Assembly (NCBI GenBank): GCA_036679605.1
Contig: JAZDCZ010000180.1
Coordinates: forward strand, 96,001-160,000
Source of the DNA: Gemmatimonadota bacterium
Lineage (GTDB): Bacteria > Gemmatimonadota > Gemmatimonadetes > Gemmatimonadales > GWC2-71-9
DNA length: 64,000 nucleotides
Direction of reading: 5' to 3'
The number at the start of each line of letters is the position of its first letter. Within the stretch, counting starts at the first letter, position 1. Below are positions 30,826 to 40,839 of the stretch, piece by piece. Below the pieces are notes generated by a model. The model was not told where the DNA came from, searched no databases, and worked only from the letters and a program-made list of their open reading frames with translations. A program made the translations under genes and the position numbers.

Positions 30826-31504
30826 CGTCGATCGGCTCGATGCACTCGGGCAGGTCATTCGCCGGCTTGTTGACCAGAGTGCTCACCGGTTGCGCGATCA
30901 TCTGATCAGGTGGGAACGGATGTAGCAACTCGCCTAGTTTCCCCTTGTCACGAGTGTTCGGATCCAGCCAAGCATCGTGCTGCGCAGCGTTTAATATTGC
31001 GGGCATGCGATCGTGGATCGGCCGTGTTACTTCGTTCGGTTGAGTCGTAATGATCGTACAAGAATTGATGACCTGTCCTTCTCCCTGCCACCGATCCCAC
31101 AGTCCGGCAAACGCGAATGGTGATCCGTCACGCATCCGAATGTAGTAGGGCTGCTTGTGGCCACCCACCCGCTGCCACTCGTAGAACCCGTTCGACAGGA
31201 TGAGACAGCGACGTTCCCTCAAGGGATCCCTGAACGCCGGCTTACTCGCGACCGTTTCGGCTCGCGCGTTGATCGTGCGTGCACCGAAACCAGCTTCTCG
31301 CGCCCAGTGGGGAATGAGCCCCCACTTCAGCATGACCGGCTCACGTTGAGAATCTTCTCCCAGCCGAACTGCTGCCACCCGGTCCGTAGGGGCAATATTG
31401 TAACGGGGGCCTACGTCAAACACCCGCCGTACCTCCTCAAGCGGGAGGCGAAATATCCGCGCCAGTTCCTCGGGCGAAGCAAATAGTGTGTACCGACCAC
31501 ACAT
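30812..31504 (-). CDS. SOS response-associated peptidase (SRAP/HMCES-like)
   Basis: N-terminal MCGRY, RYNIAP, WGLIP, NARAET, FYEW, IHDRMP. Confidence 0.95.
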   Translation of the reverse strand: MCGRYTLFASPEELARIFRLPLEEVRRVFDVGPRYNIAPTDRVAAVRLGEDSQREPVMLKWGLIPHWAREAGFGARTINARAETVASKPAFRDPLRERRCLILSNGFYEWQRVGGHKQPYYIRMRDGSPFAFAGLWDRWQGEGQVINSCTIITTQPNEVTRPIHDRMPAILNAAQHDAWLDPNTRDKGKLGELLHPFPPDQMIAQPVSTLVNKPANDLPECIEPIDGVSG

Positions 31505-31607
31505 GTCAGACCTCGGGTCCTATATTAAACCTCGCAAAGTTCTAGCAACAATCTACTGGCACATTGTTGAATTCGTGCGGGTATCAGCAGACGGATCGCG
31601 AACATCT

Positions 31608-32789
31608 ATGAATCAACATTCCGACTTTCCGCAAAATAGACCGCTCCGCAGCCGCCTGCGGCTCACGATATTTGCCACCGGAGTTGCTTGCTATTTTCTG
31701 TCGATCGTCGCGGCCTGGACTCCGGGTCTAACAGACGTGGCCTATGGCAGGTGGATGGGTCCCCTCGTTGCTCGATGGTTGTCGCTGCTGACCGGAGTCA
31801 TTTCCATATCGCTGGCCGAGGTATTCGTGCTGGGTGTCATCCTGCGTCAGTTGGTGGGTGGCTCTGTCGCCGTGGTACAGGTCGGACGCCGGCAGCGCCA
31901 CTGGACCAACGCTGCCTCCGCCGCGCTGCTGCGACTGGCCCAGGACGCCGGAGCCCTGCTGGCCCTCTTCTACGTGCTCTGGGGCTTCAACTACTCGCGG
32001 CCTTCCCTGCAGGACCGCCTGGGTTGGACCTTGGGTAGCGATGCACCCGTTGAAGAGCTGGTGGCGCTAACCAGCCAGCTGGTTGAGGCCAGCAACGCTG
32101 CCTATAGAGAAATCCACGGAGTCGCGGATGCCGGCACACCAACCACTCTACCGATGGACCGGCGGACTCTCGGAGTGTCTCTCGAACAAGGCTGGGTGAT
32201 CGGGCGAAGCGATCTGGGTCTTCCCCTCCTCTCGGGACACTATGGAACGGCTAAAACACCCCTGTTGACTCGATGGTACGAGTGGCTCGGTATTGCCGGT
32301 TTCTATTTTCCGTTTACGGGCGAAGCCAATCTCCGGGCCGGAATACCGGCGATCGACGTCCCCAAGATGCTGGGGCACGAGCAGGCCCATCAAAGGGGGG
32401 CGGCACGCGAAGCCGAGGCCAATTTTTGGGGATACATCTCGAGTGCGAACGCTCCTGACCCATACGCTCGCTACTCGGCTTACGTTTTCGCACAGCTACA
32501 GCTGATGAGCGCGCTTCGCCAAGCCGACCCGAATCAATTTTCTCAAATCGTGTCGGCGATGCTTCCTGGCATAAGAAGAGACATCGAAGAATCGCGAAAG
32601 TATTGGGTCAGCTTCCGAGGTCGCGGGACCAAGATCGGTACGAAAGTGAATAACGCTTACCTTCGCAGCAATCGTGTCACAGGAGGTGTGCGGAATTACT
32701 CGATGAGTTTACTCCTTTTTATCGCCTACGCTCGCGCGCACGGTGGTAGATTGGTCCCCACGAACGCCGAGCTTTCCGACGGGTCCTAA
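31608..32789 (+). CDS. DUF3810-family membrane-anchored zincin-like protein
   Basis: TM segments, WGFNYSR, GFYFPFTGEAN, HEQAHQRG...EAEANF. Start uncertain. Confidence 0.82.
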   Translation: MNQHSDFPQNRPLRSRLRLTIFATGVACYFLSIVAAWTPGLTDVAYGRWMGPLVARWLSLLTGVISISLAEVFVLGVILRQLVGGSVAVVQVGRRQRHWTNAASAALLRLAQDAGALLALFYVLWGFNYSRPSLQDRLGWTLGSDAPVEELVALTSQLVEASNAAYREIHGVADAGTPTTLPMDRRTLGVSLEQGWVIGRSDLGLPLLSGHYGTAKTPLLTRWYEWLGIAGFYFPFTGEANLRAGIPAIDVPKMLGHEQAHQRGAAREAEANFWGYISSANAPDPYARYSAYVFAQLQLMSALRQADPNQFSQIVSAMLPGIRRDIEESRKYWVSFRGRGTKIGTKVNNAYLRSNRVTGGVRNYSMSLLLFIAYARAHGGRLVPTNAELSDGS

Positions 32790-32833
32790 AAGCCCTATTC
32801 TTCTGGCAGCTAAATTTCTTGGTAGGGACTGCG

Positions 32834-33238
32834 ATGACAGACTCTGACGTATCGCCCAAATCACGCGGCGTCGCACTGGCTCTCGCGACGCTAACAGGCA
32901 CATTCGGAGGGCACCGGTTCTATGTGGGAAAGATCGGGACCGGTATTTGCCAACTGCTCACTATTGGGGGACTCGGCATCTGGTCTCTTTATGACTGGAT
33001 TCTAGTGGTATCCGGTAGCTTTCGTGATGTCGATGGTAAGCGCATCGTAAACTGGGCCGAAGGGCCCATCGAGCCCCAGACTCAGCTATCGGGCGAGCGC
33101 ATGGAGCTATTGCTCGACGAACTGGACTCCCTCCGCTCCGAAGTGGAGGATCTCTCAGAACGTGTCGACTTCACGGAACGCGTTCTTTCTCAGGTTCGAG
33201 ATCGGGCGGTAATACCGCCGGCATCCACATCTCGCTAG
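32834..33238 (+). CDS. TM2 domain protein with C-terminal coiled coil
   Basis: KSRGVALAL...GGHRFYVGKIGTGI..LLTIGGLGIW...D, then LRSEVEDLSERVDFTERVL. Confidence 0.85.
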   Translation: MTDSDVSPKSRGVALALATLTGTFGGHRFYVGKIGTGICQLLTIGGLGIWSLYDWILVVSGSFRDVDGKRIVNWAEGPIEPQTQLSGERMELLLDELDSLRSEVEDLSERVDFTERVLSQVRDRAVIPPASTSR

Positions 33239-33309
33239 TTTCCTCGTCGCGCGACTTGAAACCAATTTGCAAGCTGCTCACGCACGCTAATCAACCTATG
33301 AAGGATGTC

Positions 33310-34704
33310 ATGAAACGATTCACTCGCGTCCTGATCCCGAGCGCAGCACTGTGCGCTCTTTACGTTTCGACACCTGCAACGAGCCTGTTCGGCCAGTCGG
33401 AAATAGCCGATCGATACCGACAAGCAGCGAATCGAATCATCGATTCAGCCCTGCAGGACAGCTCGGCCTATGAACGATTGTCCGTACTGGTGGACCGATT
33501 TGGACCTCGCTTGAGCGGATCGGAGAGTCTGGAACGAGCGATCGATTGGATTCTGGCAGAGATGAGCAGCGACGGGCTACAAAACGTTCACAGTGAGAAG
33601 GTAATGGTGCCTCACTGGGTTCGTGGCAACGAATCAGCAGTGCTCATCGAGCCCAGGCACCGAGCACTCCCGATGCTCGGACTGGGTGGGAGCGTCGCTA
33701 CTCCGCCCGATGGCATCACCGCACAGGTGTTGGTAGTAGGGAGTTTCGACGAACTCGAGCGACGCGCGGACGAGGCAAAAGGCAAGATCGTACTTTTCAA
33801 CGCACCCTTCACCGGATACGGCCAGACTGTTCGGTACCGCAGTAACGGTGCGACGGCGGCGGCCAAGGTAGGTGCCGTTGCCAGCCTGATTCGGTCCGTC
33901 ACGCCCTATTCCATCCAGACACCACACACCGGTGCTATGCGGTACGCTGACGACGTTCGGAAAATTCCGCACGCGGCAATAACACCAGAAGACGCAGCGA
34001 TGCTGCAGCGGATGCAGGACCGCGGAGAACGAATCGTAGTACAGCTAAGAATGCAGGCAAAGACGCTTCCCGATGCACCTTCGAGGAACGTGATCGCCGA
34101 GATTGTGGGATCTGAGATTCCGGATGAGATTGTGGTGCTTGGCGGACACATAGATTCCTGGGACGTCGGGCAAGGCGCGATGGACGATGGAGGCGGTGTG
34201 GTAGCAGCTTGGGAAGCAGTCCGTCTAATACAGAGGCTCGGGCTCAACCCCCGCCGTACGATCCGCGTCGTGGCATGGACGAACGAGGAAAACGGATCGC
34301 GGGGCGCGACGGCGTACCGTGACGCTCATGCCGAGGAGCTGGAAAACCACATTTTTGCGATGGAGTCGGACGGAGGTGTTTTCAAACCCACCGGCATGGG
34401 GTTCTCGGGAACTGACGAGGCGTTCGCCATGGCCCAGGAGATTGGGACTCTGTTGGCTCCTATTGAGGCCGGTGTGACGCGGGGTGGTGGCGGCGCAGAC
34501 ATTGGGCCCCTTCGGAGGGCCGGAGTGCCCGTCGCAGGCCTCCAGGTCGACGGATCACGTTACTTCTGGTTTCACCACACCAATGCCGACACGATCGACA
34601 AGCTCGACCCACGAGAAATGGCACTCAGTGTTGCGACCATGGCGGTCATGGCCTACGTCGTGGCCGACATGCCTCGGCGACTTCCTTTCGGGACCGAACG
34701 GTAG
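33310..34704 (+). CDS. M28-family secreted peptidase (carboxypeptidase Q-like)
   Basis: Signal peptide, GPRLSGS, GGHIDSWDVGQGAMDDGGG, NEENG, ESDGG, YFWFHHT. Confidence 0.92.
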   Translation: MKRFTRVLIPSAALCALYVSTPATSLFGQSEIADRYRQAANRIIDSALQDSSAYERLSVLVDRFGPRLSGSESLERAIDWILAEMSSDGLQNVHSEKVMVPHWVRGNESAVLIEPRHRALPMLGLGGSVATPPDGITAQVLVVGSFDELERRADEAKGKIVLFNAPFTGYGQTVRYRSNGATAAAKVGAVASLIRSVTPYSIQTPHTGAMRYADDVRKIPHAAITPEDAAMLQRMQDRGERIVVQLRMQAKTLPDAPSRNVIAEIVGSEIPDEIVVLGGHIDSWDVGQGAMDDGGGVVAAWEAVRLIQRLGLNPRRTIRVVAWTNEENGSRGATAYRDAHAEELENHIFAMESDGGVFKPTGMGFSGTDEAFAMAQEIGTLLAPIEAGVTRGGGGADIGPLRRAGVPVAGLQVDGSRYFWFHHTNADTIDKLDPREMALSVATMAVMAYVVADMPRRLPFGTER

Positions 34705-34810
34705 GCCCACACCGACAGACTGAAGCGCACCAGGAACTAGGTAGGTCACTGGGTTGTTTTCTCCAGTGTACTGAATAGTTGTGCCTCGACCTATTTCGGA
34801 GGGCCCAAAG

Positions 34811-35275
34811 ATGCGAGCACCCGCTCTCAGAAGATTGCTGAACGCCGCCGCAGTGGTGTGCGGCTTGATGATAGCCGCCACAAACCTTGCCGCTCAAGAT
34901 CCCCCACCAAAGGACAGCATTCAGGCTCGCCTGGACAGCATCGTCAAGGCTAGCAAGGCCAACAGACGGGACAAGAGCACTCGATCGATCTTTGTTTCGG
35001 GATACAAAGACCGGGGAGTGGATGCGTTGCTACCGTTGGTGAGAGCACGCGGAATCCAAAACCCGCTGATTGTTGTCGACGGCATAGTGATCGACCCACC
35101 GCTACCTCAGTACCTCAACGAGTTCAACATTGAATGTGTCGAGTTGCGGCCCGGCCGCTCGGCAACGCTGGAGTTCCAAAGGGGATCCCGCGACCGAGGC
35201 AAAGACGGTGTCTTCATCGTTTGGACACGCGGGGCCTCGGGCCATAGACCGAGAGGCTGCGCGGTTCCCTACTAG
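34811..35275 (+). CDS. Small secreted protein with TonB-receptor plug-like motif
   Basis: Signal-peptide-like N-terminus (LAA-QD); PLIVVDG...IECVEL...ATLEF...GVFIVWTR resembles plug-domain C-terminal motifs. Confidence 0.55.
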   Translation: MRAPALRRLLNAAAVVCGLMIAATNLAAQDPPPKDSIQARLDSIVKASKANRRDKSTRSIFVSGYKDRGVDALLPLVRARGIQNPLIVVDGIVIDPPLPQYLNEFNIECVELRPGRSATLEFQRGSRDRGKDGVFIVWTRGASGHRPRGCAVPY

Positions 35276-35375
35276 CCTCTCCCGGGGTTCCTCCCTAGAA
35301 TAGATGGGGAGATACACTGCCATCGCCGCGCCAGAACATTTGCTACTTGGTACTCACTCGCCCAAAAGGTAAGAA

Positions 35376-37115
35376 ATGCTGACACGATTAGCGCGAGCGG
35401 TATTGCCCATAACCGGGTTGCTGTTGGCGCCGAAATTCCAACCGTCACAGCTTCCCTATCAATCCCAGACCGTAGATGCGGCGCACTTTTCTGCGGGTAG
35501 CGCGGTTCGCACTGCCCACGGCATGGTGGTATCCGGCACCGAACTTAGCAGCAAGGCCGGGATTGAAATTTTGAAGGCGGGTGGCAACGCCGTGGACGCC
35601 GCGATCGCGACTGGTTTTGCCTTGGCTGTAACGCACCCGGTGGCCGGGAACATCGGCGGTGGCGGGTTTATGGTAATTCGATTCCCCGATGGCAGCGTCA
35701 CAGCGTTCGATTTCCGCGAAAAAGCCCCGCTGAAATCGAATCCGCAGATGTTCCTCGATGAAAACGGCGAATACTCTTCAGGTCGACATCACAATAGCTA
35801 CCTGGCAGTTGGCGTGCCGGGAACGGTCGCAGGTTTTGCCAAGGCGCATTCGACATACGGCAAATCGTCATGGGAGGACCTTTTGGAACCGGCCGTCCAT
35901 CTGGCGGCAGATGGCTTCGCAGTCATGCCGGGCCTCGCTCGTTCGCTACGCTTCCAGCTGCCACGATTTGGGCCGTATCCTGCGAGCATGCGGTCTTTTT
36001 CCAATAATGGAGAGCCGTACACCCCGGGGGAGACGTTGCGTCAGCCCGACCTCGCGCAAACGCTCGAACGCATTCAGCAGAACGGGAGAGACGGATTCTA
36101 CAAGGGTGAGACAGCACACCTTCTGGCAGAGGAAATGCGCAAGGGCGGAGGGATTATCACGGAAGAGGACCTCTTACGATACGAGGCCAAGGAACGGACT
36201 CCAATAAAGGGGACATATCGGGGATACGAAATCATCAGTATGCCACCCCCCAGTAGCGGAGGGGTGGCCCTGGTGGAAATGCTAAACATTCTCGAGGGCT
36301 ACGATCTACGAGCCATGGGTCATAACTCCCCCAGCTACATCCACCACCTGGCGGAATCCATGCGGAGAGCCTTCCGAGACCGCGCCCGGCTGCTAGGTGA
36401 TGTTGACTTCGTGGACGTCCCAATAGATCGGCTGACTAGCAAGCAGTACGCCGACAAATTGAGAGTGGGCATAAGCGAATCGCAGGCCACTCCCTCCCAT
36501 CCCTCGGACGTGGAGCTTCCATACGAGAGCCCTCAAACCGCTCACTATTCAGTTGTGGACGCTGACGGCATGGCTGTCTCCGTCACATACACATTGGAGC
36601 AAGGGTACGGATCGAAGATTACGGTCACTGGAGCCGGATTCCTGCTCAACAACGAGATGGGAGACTTCAACGGCAAGCCGGGCCTGACCACCACCAGCAG
36701 CCTGATCGGAACGGATCCCAACCTTGCACGTCCGGAGCAGCGCATGCTTTCGAGCATGACGCCAAGCATCGTGGCACGTGACGGTAAACTCGTCGCAGTA
36801 ACCGGAAGTCCTGGGGGCCGCACGATCATCAACAGTGTGTTGCAGGTGATATTGAACATAGTCGACTTCAAGATGGACGTGCAGGACGCCGTCGACGCCT
36901 CGCGCATACACCACCAATGGCTGCCCGACCAGATACGAATAGAGAACCACGGGATTACCAACCACCAGTTGCAGCTTTTGGAACAAATGGGCCACTCAGT
37001 GCGAGTCGGGGGAACACAGGGTATCACACACAGCATCATGATCGACCCTGATACCGGCGAGCGACTAGGTGCAGCCGACCGACGTGATGCCGATGGAGCT
37101 GCCGTAGGATACTAG
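35376..37115 (+). CDS. ggt: Gamma-glutamyltransferase
   Basis: GGNAVDAA, GNIGGGGF, DFREKAP, autocleavage Thr in QTAHYSVVD, LNNEMGDF, LSSMTP, GSPGG. Confidence 0.96.
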   Translation: MLTRLARAVLPITGLLLAPKFQPSQLPYQSQTVDAAHFSAGSAVRTAHGMVVSGTELSSKAGIEILKAGGNAVDAAIATGFALAVTHPVAGNIGGGGFMVIRFPDGSVTAFDFREKAPLKSNPQMFLDENGEYSSGRHHNSYLAVGVPGTVAGFAKAHSTYGKSSWEDLLEPAVHLAADGFAVMPGLARSLRFQLPRFGPYPASMRSFSNNGEPYTPGETLRQPDLAQTLERIQQNGRDGFYKGETAHLLAEEMRKGGGIITEEDLLRYEAKERTPIKGTYRGYEIISMPPPSSGGVALVEMLNILEGYDLRAMGHNSPSYIHHLAESMRRAFRDRARLLGDVDFVDVPIDRLTSKQYADKLRVGISESQATPSHPSDVELPYESPQTAHYSVVDADGMAVSVTYTLEQGYGSKITVTGAGFLLNNEMGDFNGKPGLTTTSSLIGTDPNLARPEQRMLSSMTPSIVARDGKLVAVTGSPGGRTIINSVLQVILNIVDFKMDVQDAVDASRIHHQWLPDQIRIENHGITNHQLQLLEQMGHSVRVGGTQGITHSIMIDPDTGERLGAADRRDADGAAVGY

Positions 37116-37192
37116 GTCGATTGTAAGCTAGATCACGGCACCTCCGGCACCTCGAGAGCTAGTATTGGTTCCCCGTAAGCAGAGGAACTCTC

Positions 37193-37579
37193 ATGGCCAA
37201 CACGCTCGGGTGGGCTCGCGTCAGCTCTCGAATCCAGAGGTCCGAACGGCTACGTCGAGGCGCATGGTACAGAGTGATCGATGACCGCGCGTCCACACAG
37301 AATGTGGTACTCGACCTGGACATGGACGGCGCACCGAGTCAACTGAAGGTTTCTAGAGCGCTACTGCGCATAAGGCAGCATCGCCCGGAACGACTAAGTG
37401 TGGTTGAGCTGTCGAGAGACATTCCCAATCCTGCGAGGGGGACGCCTAGCTACCTTGGTTCGGTTTACGCGGTGTGCCCGAATACCGGATCTCGGTTGCG
37501 CCTTTGGGGACAGCCCAACCGCGTTGTGTGCTCGAGCTGTCGTGAGATACACTCGGTTGCGTGGGACGACCGCTGTTGA
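37193..37579 (+). CDS. Hypothetical protein with Cys-containing C-terminus
   Basis: GAGGA RBS before ATG; fills the gap between ggt and the kinase; VCPNT...VCSSC. Confidence 0.6.
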   Translation: MANTLGWARVSSRIQRSERLRRGAWYRVIDDRASTQNVVLDLDMDGAPSQLKVSRALLRIRQHRPERLSVVELSRDIPNPARGTPSYLGSVYAVCPNTGSRLRLWGQPNRVVCSSCREIHSVAWDDRC

Positions 37580-37581
37580 TA

Positions 37582-39810
37582 TCAGGTAACGATCGACCAA
37601 TAGCCGCTACTGGCGCGCGCCCGTACGCTACCCACCACGACTCGCGCCAACATCTGGTGGAGTTCCTCTAGCTCATAGGGTTTGCGCAGAGCGGGCTGGC
37701 CGGCCGCTTCCAAGAACGAGCGAGCCTCCTGGCTCACGGTATCACCGGACAGGAATAGGAAACGTCGGGCAAGCTCCGGCCGCTCTGATGATACCGTCTG
37801 AAAAAGCTCCGAGCCGGACATGCCCGGCATGTTGAGATCGCTGATCACGATTTCGAATTCGGTTTCGCGCATGCGTTCCAATGCACTTGCACCGCCATCT
37901 GCCACTACCACGGTGTGACCCAACCGATTGAGAACCCGCTCCAGTGCACGCCTATTGGCAGCGTCGTCATCCACTATCAGAATCCGTCGAGACCCTATGT
38001 CCACCATTTGGTGGCCGGTTTCTGGTCCAGCGTCGACATCCGAGGATTCTATGGCGGGAAGTTCGACAACGAACCGCGCCCCTCCCTCCTCTCGATTCTC
38101 CGCCCAGATCCTGCCCTCGTGCTCCGACACGATTCCTTGACTCACGGACAGTCCAAGACCAGTGCCTACTCCCTCGGGTTTGGTCGTGAAGAACGGTTCG
38201 AATAGACGCGGCAATACATCCAGCGGAATCCCTGGTCCCGTGTCCTCCACGACAATCATTACCCCAGCGTCAACCGCACCCCGCACACGCACGGTGAGGC
38301 TATGGCTATCGCCTCCAACGGCAATCATCGCATGGTGGGCATTGACGACCAAATTGAGAACCACCTGTTGGACTTGATGCCCATCGGCAAAGACGACCGG
38401 CAAATCCTGAGGACAGTCAACCTCGATTGCGATTCCCGACCTGTTCAGTTCGTAACGCCGCAGCTCAATGACGCGTTGGATGATGGGAGCTAGTTCAACG
38501 CGATTCCGCTCCGACTGCGTCTGCCGGGAAAAACCGAGAAGGTTGCGAACGATCCCTCCAGCGCGACGCGCTTCGTCGGCAATCGTCTGTACCGCATCGG
38601 CATCCTCCTCGGAAAGCTTCTTTGTGTCTATGGTATGGGTGAACGTCGCGATCGCGGCCAGCGGATTATTGAGTTCGTGGGCAACACTCGCCGCAAGGGT
38701 TCCTATTGTTGCGAGCTTGTCCTGTTGCTGCAGTTGCTCTTGAGCCGCTCTCGTCTCGGTGATATCTCTGAGAACAACGGCAGTTCCCTGGCTCGGAGGT
38801 GGCAGCGGCGTTCCGATCAGGACTATGGTCTTCAAGGTTCCGTCCGAATGGCCAACCTTGACCTCGATCTCCGCCCCGACCTCGTCCGGCGGCCGGCCTA
38901 ATATCGTATCCCGCTTTCCCAATGGCCTAGCACCCATGCCCCTTAGATGTGCTGCTACGGTTTCCCTGTCCTCATCGCAGAATAGAGACGTAATCGCAAC
39001 ATTTTGTAGTCCGCGGCGCTCTACGCCGAACATCTCGGCAGCTCGCCACGACATCCGCTGGATCCGAAGGTCGTGGTCCACTTCTGCAAATCCATAGGGC
39101 ATAGCATCCAACACCAAAGCCAACTCAGTGCGCCGTCGAACAGCTCGTTCCGTAACCCTATCTAATACGGTCACAGCGGCCAAGGCCAATAGAAGCGCCA
39201 CGACGGTGGCCCCTAGTAGGAACGGGAGACCAAACTCGCTCAATCGCGAAGCCGCGGCGGACAGCTCCGCAAAATTTGCTTGCTGCAGCTTCCCAAGCTC
39301 ATCCAGCTGAGTAGTGATCAACTCAAACGTAGAATCTCCTGCCGCCAGGGTGTCGACGGCGCGCGCTCGAGCAGCCGCACCCGCAAGCACCACGGAGGGA
39401 CGGGCAAATGTTTCCAGCCATCCGACTGCGAGTGCTGCCACCTTTAGCATTTCGCCGGCATAGCTCGAACCCTCCCGGCCCCATGTTGCAGCGTCCCGCT
39501 CGATCTCCTGCAATTGCCCGGCTAGCTCATCAAAGCGGCTGCGCAGCGCCGAATCTCCGGTGGCGGCATAGTTACGTGCCAAGCCATCCAGCTCATGCAA
39601 TTGGTTGTGGATTGTGAGGGTCGAGTTCTGCTCGCGTAGGGTGCGTTCCACATTGTGCGGGACGGACTGAAAACGGCGAATCGCCAGCCACCCGACGGAT
39701 GAGCCGAGGACGAAAAGAACCAATACGATCGCGTGTGCCACCGGCCAGCGGAGAACGGCAGGGAGATTCGCGTCGGCCACGCCACGGGCTAAACGCCGCT
39801 GTTTGGACAT
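37582..39810 (-). CDS. Hybrid sensor histidine kinase (2 TM, PAS, HisKA, HATPase, REC)
   Basis: AHELNNPL, QQVVLNLVVNA, DTGPGI, FFTTK, GTGLGLS, C-terminal LIVDDD...SDLNMPG...KPY. Confidence 0.93.
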   Translation of the reverse strand: MSKQRRLARGVADANLPAVLRWPVAHAIVLVLFVLGSSVGWLAIRRFQSVPHNVERTLREQNSTLTIHNQLHELDGLARNYAATGDSALRSRFDELAGQLQEIERDAATWGREGSSYAGEMLKVAALAVGWLETFARPSVVLAGAAARARAVDTLAAGDSTFELITTQLDELGKLQQANFAELSAAASRLSEFGLPFLLGATVVALLLALAAVTVLDRVTERAVRRRTELALVLDAMPYGFAEVDHDLRIQRMSWRAAEMFGVERRGLQNVAITSLFCDEDRETVAAHLRGMGARPLGKRDTILGRPPDEVGAEIEVKVGHSDGTLKTIVLIGTPLPPPSQGTAVVLRDITETRAAQEQLQQQDKLATIGTLAASVAHELNNPLAAIATFTHTIDTKKLSEEDADAVQTIADEARRAGGIVRNLLGFSRQTQSERNRVELAPIIQRVIELRRYELNRSGIAIEVDCPQDLPVVFADGHQVQQVVLNLVVNAHHAMIAVGGDSHSLTVRVRGAVDAGVMIVVEDTGPGIPLDVLPRLFEPFFTTKPEGVGTGLGLSVSQGIVSEHEGRIWAENREEGGARFVVELPAIESSDVDAGPETGHQMVDIGSRRILIVDDDAANRRALERVLNRLGHTVVVADGGASALERMRETEFEIVISDLNMPGMSGSELFQTVSSERPELARRFLFLSGDTVSQEARSFLEAAGQPALRKPYELEELHQMLARVVVGSVRARASSGYWSIVT

Positions 39811-39915
39811 GTCTAGAAGCTACAGACCGCTCTCTCCGGACACCAGAGACTAGAACCGACAGGAATTCCGCGTATCTTTGGAGTAGGGTCTAAAAAACGG
39901 CGCGCTGGAGGTTGG

Positions 39916-40722
39916 ATGAAATCTCGCACTGTCACAACGCTGGTCATGCTTCTTCTCGGGGCGTCGCTGCTGTATGCTCACGATCTCTTCATCAAACTCG
40001 ACAGTTACTTCGTGAGACCCTATACCTCGATACGAATCCCGGTGCTGAACGGCACGTTCAACCTGAGCAATAATTCTATCACGAGGGACAGGCTCCGAGA
40101 CGTGACCCTGATGTCCGATGACGGGCGCGCTCTCGTCCCGATAGTCAGTTGGGATGCGGAAGGTGATACGACCTATCTGACAATCGAGACGGAGAGGTCA
40201 GCCACGTACGTACTGGGCATCTCGACACAATCTACGGATTTCAGTTTGGAGGCCGAGGCATTCAACGAGTACCTGGAGCACGACGGAATCCCCGATGTGC
40301 TGGAGGCTCGCAGACGCAACGGAGAACTCGACAAGGCCGTGCGCGAGCGATATTCCAAGCACGTCAAGGCCGTGCTACAGGTAGGGAATAGACGGACCTC
40401 CGGTTACAGTATCGAGCTGGGATATCCCGCCGAGATAGCTCCTGTGGACAGTCCCTATCTAGCTCAAGTGGGCTCTAGACTGCGATTCCGTTGTCTCGTT
40501 GACGGAAGTCCTGTGGTCAATCAGTTCGTGATAGCTGGAGGAGAGCACGATGCAGAGCTCTTCGAATGGCGCGGCGCTAGAACCAACTCAGATGGGGTGG
40601 TTTCGTTCGTTGTTGATTCACCGGGAAAGTGGTACGTCAAGTTCATCAACATGGTGCCGTCTGCAGACCCGGCGATAGACTACGAGTCCAAGTGGGCCAC
40701 TCTGACGTTCGAGATCCGCTAG
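39916..40722 (+). CDS. DUF4198 domain secreted protein
   Basis: GGAGG RBS; signal peptide ending LYA-HDLF; FNEYLEHDG, ERYSKHVKA, TNSDG, YESKWATLTFE. Confidence 0.82.
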   Translation: MKSRTVTTLVMLLLGASLLYAHDLFIKLDSYFVRPYTSIRIPVLNGTFNLSNNSITRDRLRDVTLMSDDGRALVPIVSWDAEGDTTYLTIETERSATYVLGISTQSTDFSLEAEAFNEYLEHDGIPDVLEARRRNGELDKAVRERYSKHVKAVLQVGNRRTSGYSIELGYPAEIAPVDSPYLAQVGSRLRFRCLVDGSPVVNQFVIAGGEHDAELFEWRGARTNSDGVVSFVVDSPGKWYVKFINMVPSADPAIDYESKWATLTFEIR

Positions 40723-40839
40723 GTAACCTCCATTCGCAACCACGCAGCTACATTAGTACAGGCTCGGCGTTGAAACCCCACTAGCTAGAGGCGTGTGACG
40801 CGGATAGTTTCTACACTGCTTCTAACCGGAGACTTGTGG

